Made by a program: the position numbers and the translations under genes. A stretch of 50,801 bases of DNA from Bacilli bacterium (GTDB lineage: Bacteria; Bacillota_I; Bacilli_A; RF39; UBA660): contig JBJEDY010000036.1 in the NCBI GenBank assembly GCA_051872535.1, positions 1 to 50,801 on the forward strand, read 5' to 3'. The notes under the pieces were generated by a model. It saw nothing but the letters and a program-made list of their open reading frames with translations, was not told the DNA's origin and made no database searches. Numbering within the stretch: the stretch's first letter is position 1; each line of letters opens with the position of its first letter. This document shows, in pieces, positions 46,757 to 50,801 of this stretch.

Positions 46757-48649
46757 ATGAAAGAAGTTAAAAATATGGAAAACTATGACATTATAGTAGT
46801 AGGTGGAGGTCATGCTGGTTGTGAAGCTGCCTATTCATCTGCTAAAAAGAAATATAAAACATTATTAATAACAAGTAATTATAAAAATATTGCTGATATG
46901 CCTTGTAATCCTCATATTGGTGGAAGTGCCAAAGGTATAGTTGTTCGAGAAATAGATGCTCTTGGAGGAATAATGGGAAAAGTAGCAGATAAAACCCATT
47001 TACAAATTAAAATGCTTAATTTTGCCAAAGGTCCCGCTGTTCAATCTCTTCGTGCCCAAGGAGATAAGATTGCTTATCCAAAGGAAATGCTTAATTACTT
47101 AAAACAAGAAAAAACTTTGACCATTCAAGAAGGTATGGTAGAAGATTTAATAATAGAAGACAATAAAGTGAAAGGTATAATTCTTGAAGATGGTACAAAA
47201 ATAAAATCTAGTATAGTTATTTTAACAACAGGTACTTATTTAAAAGCTGATATTTTAGTAGGAAATACTCGTACAAGAAAAGGACCACATGGGGAAAGAC
47301 CATCTAATTATTTAAGTGATAAATTACAAGAATATGGATTTAAAATCATAAGATTAAAAACAGGAACCCCACAAAGAATTGAAAGAAGTTCTATAGATTT
47401 TTCTAAGTTAAAAGAAGAACCAGGTGATAAAGTCTTCAGATCTTTCAGTTTTGATTTAGAACCATCATATAAAATTGAAGAGCAAGAATCTTGTTATTTA
47501 ACTTATACAACAGAAAAAACTCACGAAATAATTAAGGCAAACTTAAATAAATCCAGTATGTATGGAGCTTTAGATGATATAAAAGGAGTAGGACCAAGAT
47601 ACTGTCCTTCAATTGAAGATAAAGTAGTTAGATTTTCTGATAAAGAAAAACATCAACTATTTGTTGAACCAGAAAGTAGATACTATGATGATATATATTT
47701 ACAAGGTTTCTCAACATCTATGCCCCCATTAGTTCAAGAAGAAATGGTTCATAGTTTACCCGGATTTGAAAATGCTAAAATCTTAAAATATGGATACGCA
47801 ATTGAATATGATGCAATTTATCCAACACAGTTAAATGCCAGTCTTGAAACAAAAATAATAGAAAATTTATTCACAGCTGGTCAAATAAATGGAACAAGTG
47901 GTTATGAAGAAGCTGCTTGTCAAGGATTAATAGCAGGTATTAATGCAACTTTAAAACTAGAAGGCAAGAAACCATTAATATTAAAAAGAAATGATGCTTA
48001 TATTGGAGTTTTAATAGATGATTTAATAACAAAAGGTATAAGAGATCCATATCGTTTATTAACTAGTAGAGCAGAATATCGTTTATTATTAAGACATGAT
48101 AATGCTGATTTAAGATTAAGAAAATATGGTTATGAAGTAGGATTAATTAATAAAGAACAATACCAGAAATTAATTGATAAAGAAGAAAAAATTGAATCTT
48201 TAAAAAAATTTATGAAAGATACAAAATTAAAAGTTAATGATAAAGTAAAAGAAACATTTAATAAAAATTCTATTCCAATACCAAATGGTTCACTAAGTTT
48301 AGAATTATTAATTAAAAGACCAGGAATAACAATGGGGATTCTATCTTCATTAATAGAAATACCATATGAAAATGAAGTAAAAGACCAAGTCGAAATTCAA
48401 CTTAAATATGAAGGATACATTAAAAAAGCATATATTGAAGCAGAGAAAATGCTAAAACTGGAGAAAAAACAAATCCCTGAAAATATTGATTATGATAAAA
48501 TAAAAAATATTGCATCAGAAGCAAGACAAAAACTAAAAGAAGTACGACCAAGAACAATAGCTCAAGCAATAAGAATTAGTGGTGTCAATCCAGCTGATAT
48601 ATCTATTTTATCTGTTTATTTAAAGAAAGAATATGGTAAAAATGAATAA
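46757..48649 (+). CDS. mnmG: tRNA uridine 5-carboxymethylaminomethyl modification enzyme MnmG
   Basis: The FAD motif is YDIIVVGGGHAGCEAA, and GPRYCPSIEDK is present. The start may instead be the ATG at 46775. Confidence 0.96.
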   Translation: MKEVKNMENYDIIVVGGGHAGCEAAYSSAKKKYKTLLITSNYKNIADMPCNPHIGGSAKGIVVREIDALGGIMGKVADKTHLQIKMLNFAKGPAVQSLRAQGDKIAYPKEMLNYLKQEKTLTIQEGMVEDLIIEDNKVKGIILEDGTKIKSSIVILTTGTYLKADILVGNTRTRKGPHGERPSNYLSDKLQEYGFKIIRLKTGTPQRIERSSIDFSKLKEEPGDKVFRSFSFDLEPSYKIEEQESCYLTYTTEKTHEIIKANLNKSSMYGALDDIKGVGPRYCPSIEDKVVRFSDKEKHQLFVEPESRYYDDIYLQGFSTSMPPLVQEEMVHSLPGFENAKILKYGYAIEYDAIYPTQLNASLETKIIENLFTAGQINGTSGYEEAACQGLIAGINATLKLEGKKPLILKRNDAYIGVLIDDLITKGIRDPYRLLTSRAEYRLLLRHDNADLRLRKYGYEVGLINKEQYQKLIDKEEKIESLKKFMKDTKLKVNDKVKETFNKNSIPIPNGSLSLELLIKRPGITMGILSSLIEIPYENEVKDQVEIQLKYEGYIKKAYIEAEKMLKLEKKQIPENIDYDKIKNIASEARQKLKEVRPRTIAQAIRISGVNPADISILSVYLKKEYGKNE

Positions 48650-49361
48650 AAATGAATTTATAAATGCTTTAAAAAAGATTAATATTAATATAACTATAGA
48701 ACAATTAAATCAATTAGAAATATATTGTGATTATTTAATAACTAAAAATAAAGAATATAACTTAACAGCTATTAAGGAACCAGAATCAGTTTATTTAAAA
48801 CATTTTTACGATTGTATTACTATTTTAGATACAATGTCTCTAGATCAATCTACAAAAATACTAGATATTGGGACAGGAGCAGGATTTCCAGGTATGATAA
48901 TAAAAATAATTTACCCTGAAATTAAATTAACTTTATTAGATGCCAATAATAAAAAAATTACTTTTTTAAAAGAATTAGCATCAAAATTAAATCTAAAAGA
49001 TATAAATTTTATTCATGCTAGAAGTGAAGATTATTATCATCAAGTAAAAGATTCTTTTGATTATGTTGTTTCTCGCGCAGTAGCTTCCTTACCAATATTA
49101 GTAGAATTGTGTCTGCCTTTTGTTAAAATTGGAGGATGCTTTATTGCTATGAAAGCTCAAGCCACTGAAGAATTAGAAGAAAGTGCATATGCAATAAAAA
49201 TATTAGGTGGAGAAGTAGAAAATATAAAAAAATTTAATTTACCAATCGAAAATAGTGAAAGAACAATTATAAAAATTAGAAAAAATACTAAAACTCCAGA
49301 AAAATATCCGCGTTCTTATAGCAAAATAGTAAAATATCCATTGAAAAAAATGACAGAATAA
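48642..49361 (+). CDS. rsmG: 16S rRNA (guanine527-N7)-methyltransferase
   Basis: YNLTAI and LDIGTGAGFPG are present, and the gene overlaps the mnmG stop. Confidence 0.93.
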   Translation: MNKNEFINALKKININITIEQLNQLEIYCDYLITKNKEYNLTAIKEPESVYLKHFYDCITILDTMSLDQSTKILDIGTGAGFPGMIIKIIYPEIKLTLLDANNKKITFLKELASKLNLKDINFIHARSEDYYHQVKDSFDYVVSRAVASLPILVELCLPFVKIGGCFIAMKAQATEELEESAYAIKILGGEVENIKKFNLPIENSERTIIKIRKNTKTPEKYPRSYSKIVKYPLKKMTE

Positions 49362-49398
49362 GGTATATTAATAGAAGAATAAGATTGGGGCTGATAGA

Positions 49399-50691
49399 AT
49401 GAATCTAGAAAATGAAGTATTACAAATAAATTTAGATGACATTATTCCAAATAGATTTCAACCAAGAATTGCTTTTGATGAAACAGGGTTGAAAGAACTT
49501 GCGGATTCAATAAAGGAACATGGAATTATTCAGCCTTTAGTATTAAGAAAACTAGGAAATAAATATGAGATAATAGCAGGAGAAAGAAGATATAAAGCTG
49601 CAACATTAGCGGGATTAGTAACAGTTCCAGCTATTATTTCTAATATAGATGATAATAAAAGTGCGGAAGTTGCATTAGTAGAGAATATTCAAAGAAGAGA
49701 TTTAACACCTATAGAAGAAGCAAAATCTTATAAGAGTTTATTAGACAAAGGATATTTGACACAAGAACAATTAGCGAAAAGAATGGGGATATCTCAATCT
49801 GCTGTAGCTAATAAATTACGTCTTTTAAATTTGGATGATGAAGTACAACAAGCATTACTATCTGAAAAAATAAGTGAAAGACATGCTAGAGCTTTGTTAC
49901 AAATAACTGATAAAATGAAACAAAGAGAATGGTTAAATAGAGTTATTAATGAAAGATTAACTGTTCGTCAATTAGATCAAGAAATAAAGAAAACATTAGA
50001 AGATAATGGATCAGATGGAGATATTCCTTTAGTATCATTAACACCAACTATTGAAGATATTAAGAATACAGCACAAGATATTCAACCAATAAAACCAACA
50101 TTTGATTTTATGAATTCATCACCTAGTAAAGAAACTGAATTATTAAAAGAAGAATCAATAGTTAGTATTCCTCCATCAACAGAAGGAAAATTCTTTAATT
50201 TTAGTAATGTAGAACCACTTATGGAAAGTAAAGAAGAAAGTAAAAATATTTTTAATCCAAATAAAGATATTGAAGTTATTGATATGCCTCAATTAAATAA
50301 TAATCTTGAAGAAGAAATAAAATTACCAGAAATAAAAGAAGAAACTTTAAACGATACAATCTCTTCAGATATTAATTTAAGTTCAAATAATAAATTCTTT
50401 ACTCCATTCATGGATGAAACATCAAAAATGTCAGAAATATTAACACCAAAAGAAGAAATTATAATAGATCCAATGGATAGTGTTCAATTTTTAGACTCTT
50501 TTGTTGAAGAACAACCAGAAAAAATTAAAGTTGAAGAACAAAATATTGAAGAAAGCAATTCAAATGTAACCATAGCTATTTCCGAAACAAGAGAACTAGT
50601 AGAAAAACTTAAAAATAAAGGTTTCAAAGTTAATTTAGATGAAATAGATTTAACAAATCAATATAAAATAACAATAACAATAGATAAATAA
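49399..50691 (+). CDS. ParB/Noc-family DNA-binding protein with a long internal low-complexity insert
   Basis: IIPNRFQPR, GIIQPL.LRK, the arginine patch IIAGERRYKAA and the HTH motif TQEQLAKRMGISQSAVANKLRLL are present. The C-terminal end YKITITIDK resembles my recollection of Noc/Spo0J C-termini. About 190 E/K/N/S-rich residues lie in between. Confidence 0.85.
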   Translation: MNLENEVLQINLDDIIPNRFQPRIAFDETGLKELADSIKEHGIIQPLVLRKLGNKYEIIAGERRYKAATLAGLVTVPAIISNIDDNKSAEVALVENIQRRDLTPIEEAKSYKSLLDKGYLTQEQLAKRMGISQSAVANKLRLLNLDDEVQQALLSEKISERHARALLQITDKMKQREWLNRVINERLTVRQLDQEIKKTLEDNGSDGDIPLVSLTPTIEDIKNTAQDIQPIKPTFDFMNSSPSKETELLKEESIVSIPPSTEGKFFNFSNVEPLMESKEESKNIFNPNKDIEVIDMPQLNNNLEEEIKLPEIKEETLNDTISSDINLSSNNKFFTPFMDETSKMSEILTPKEEIIIDPMDSVQFLDSFVEEQPEKIKVEEQNIEESNSNVTIAISETRELVEKLKNKGFKVNLDEIDLTNQYKITITIDK

Positions 50692-50713
50692 TACACTGTA
50701 TTTTAGCAAATTA

Positions 50714-50747
50714 AAAGAAACTATCACTCTATAGTTTCTTCTTTTTG
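50714..50747 (+). terminator. Terminator after the parB/noc-like gene
   Basis: AGAAACTAT-CACTCT-ATAGTTTCT is followed by TCTTTTTG. Confidence 0.7.
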
Positions 50748-50801
50748 TTCAGAACTAACAAAATTACTAACTCCTTCACTTCCTTTTATATAATAAAAAA
50801 T

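Noticed and set aside
1-50801. Search for CRISPR arrays, rRNA operons, tRNA genes and IS transposases
   Set aside because: No regularly spaced direct repeats, rRNA-like GC-rich blocks, cloverleaf candidates or DDE transposase ORFs were seen. The only recombinase is the serine recombinase at 7..1587.

Overview
This window is the replication-origin region of a very AT-rich, endospore-forming Bacillota chromosome. Gene order is Bacillus-subtilis-like; a comK homolog points towards Bacilli or Erysipelotrichia, but that is only an inference. Genes left of about 43.0 kb run on the minus strand: dnaA, dnaN, comK, recF, gyrB, gyrA, ffs, tadA, dnaX, ybaB, recR, bofA, holB, ricT, pth, mfd, spoVT, dut-metG behind a Met T-box, tatD, rsmA, yabG, veg, spoVG, yabP, yabQ, divIC, nrdG, two ecfA-like genes, truA, rplM, rpsI and cwlD. 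Genes right of it run on the plus strand: rpmH, rnpA, yidC, jag, mnmE, mnmG, rsmG and a parB/noc-like gene. DnaA-box clusters lie on both sides of dnaA. The left about 8 kb does not belong to this core. It is an integrated island bracketed by a large serine recombinase and a TnpV-like gene, and it appears to have split an amidase gene. The island carries a BcgI-like RM pair (fused nuclease-methyltransferase plus specificity subunit). It also carries an uncharacterised two-gene cassette (a 25-aa basic Cys/His peptide and a 299-aa orphan protein), an HTH gene and two structured non-coding segments. Next to the island, an Abi_2 abortive-infection gene is translationally coupled to htrA. Other points for follow-up:
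- A family of perfect GC-cored palindromes (ATTTCCCGGGAAAT core) has two copies inserted in frame inside dnaX.
- A second palindrome pair (TGTTTCACGTGAAACA) lies behind gyrA.
- The SRP RNA is minimal, about 75 nt.
- The EcfA-like ATPase pair is degenerate and has no ecfT.
- The ParB/Noc homolog has a long low-complexity insert.
No rRNA, tRNA or CRISPR array was seen. All family assignments come from reading motifs by eye and need database confirmation.
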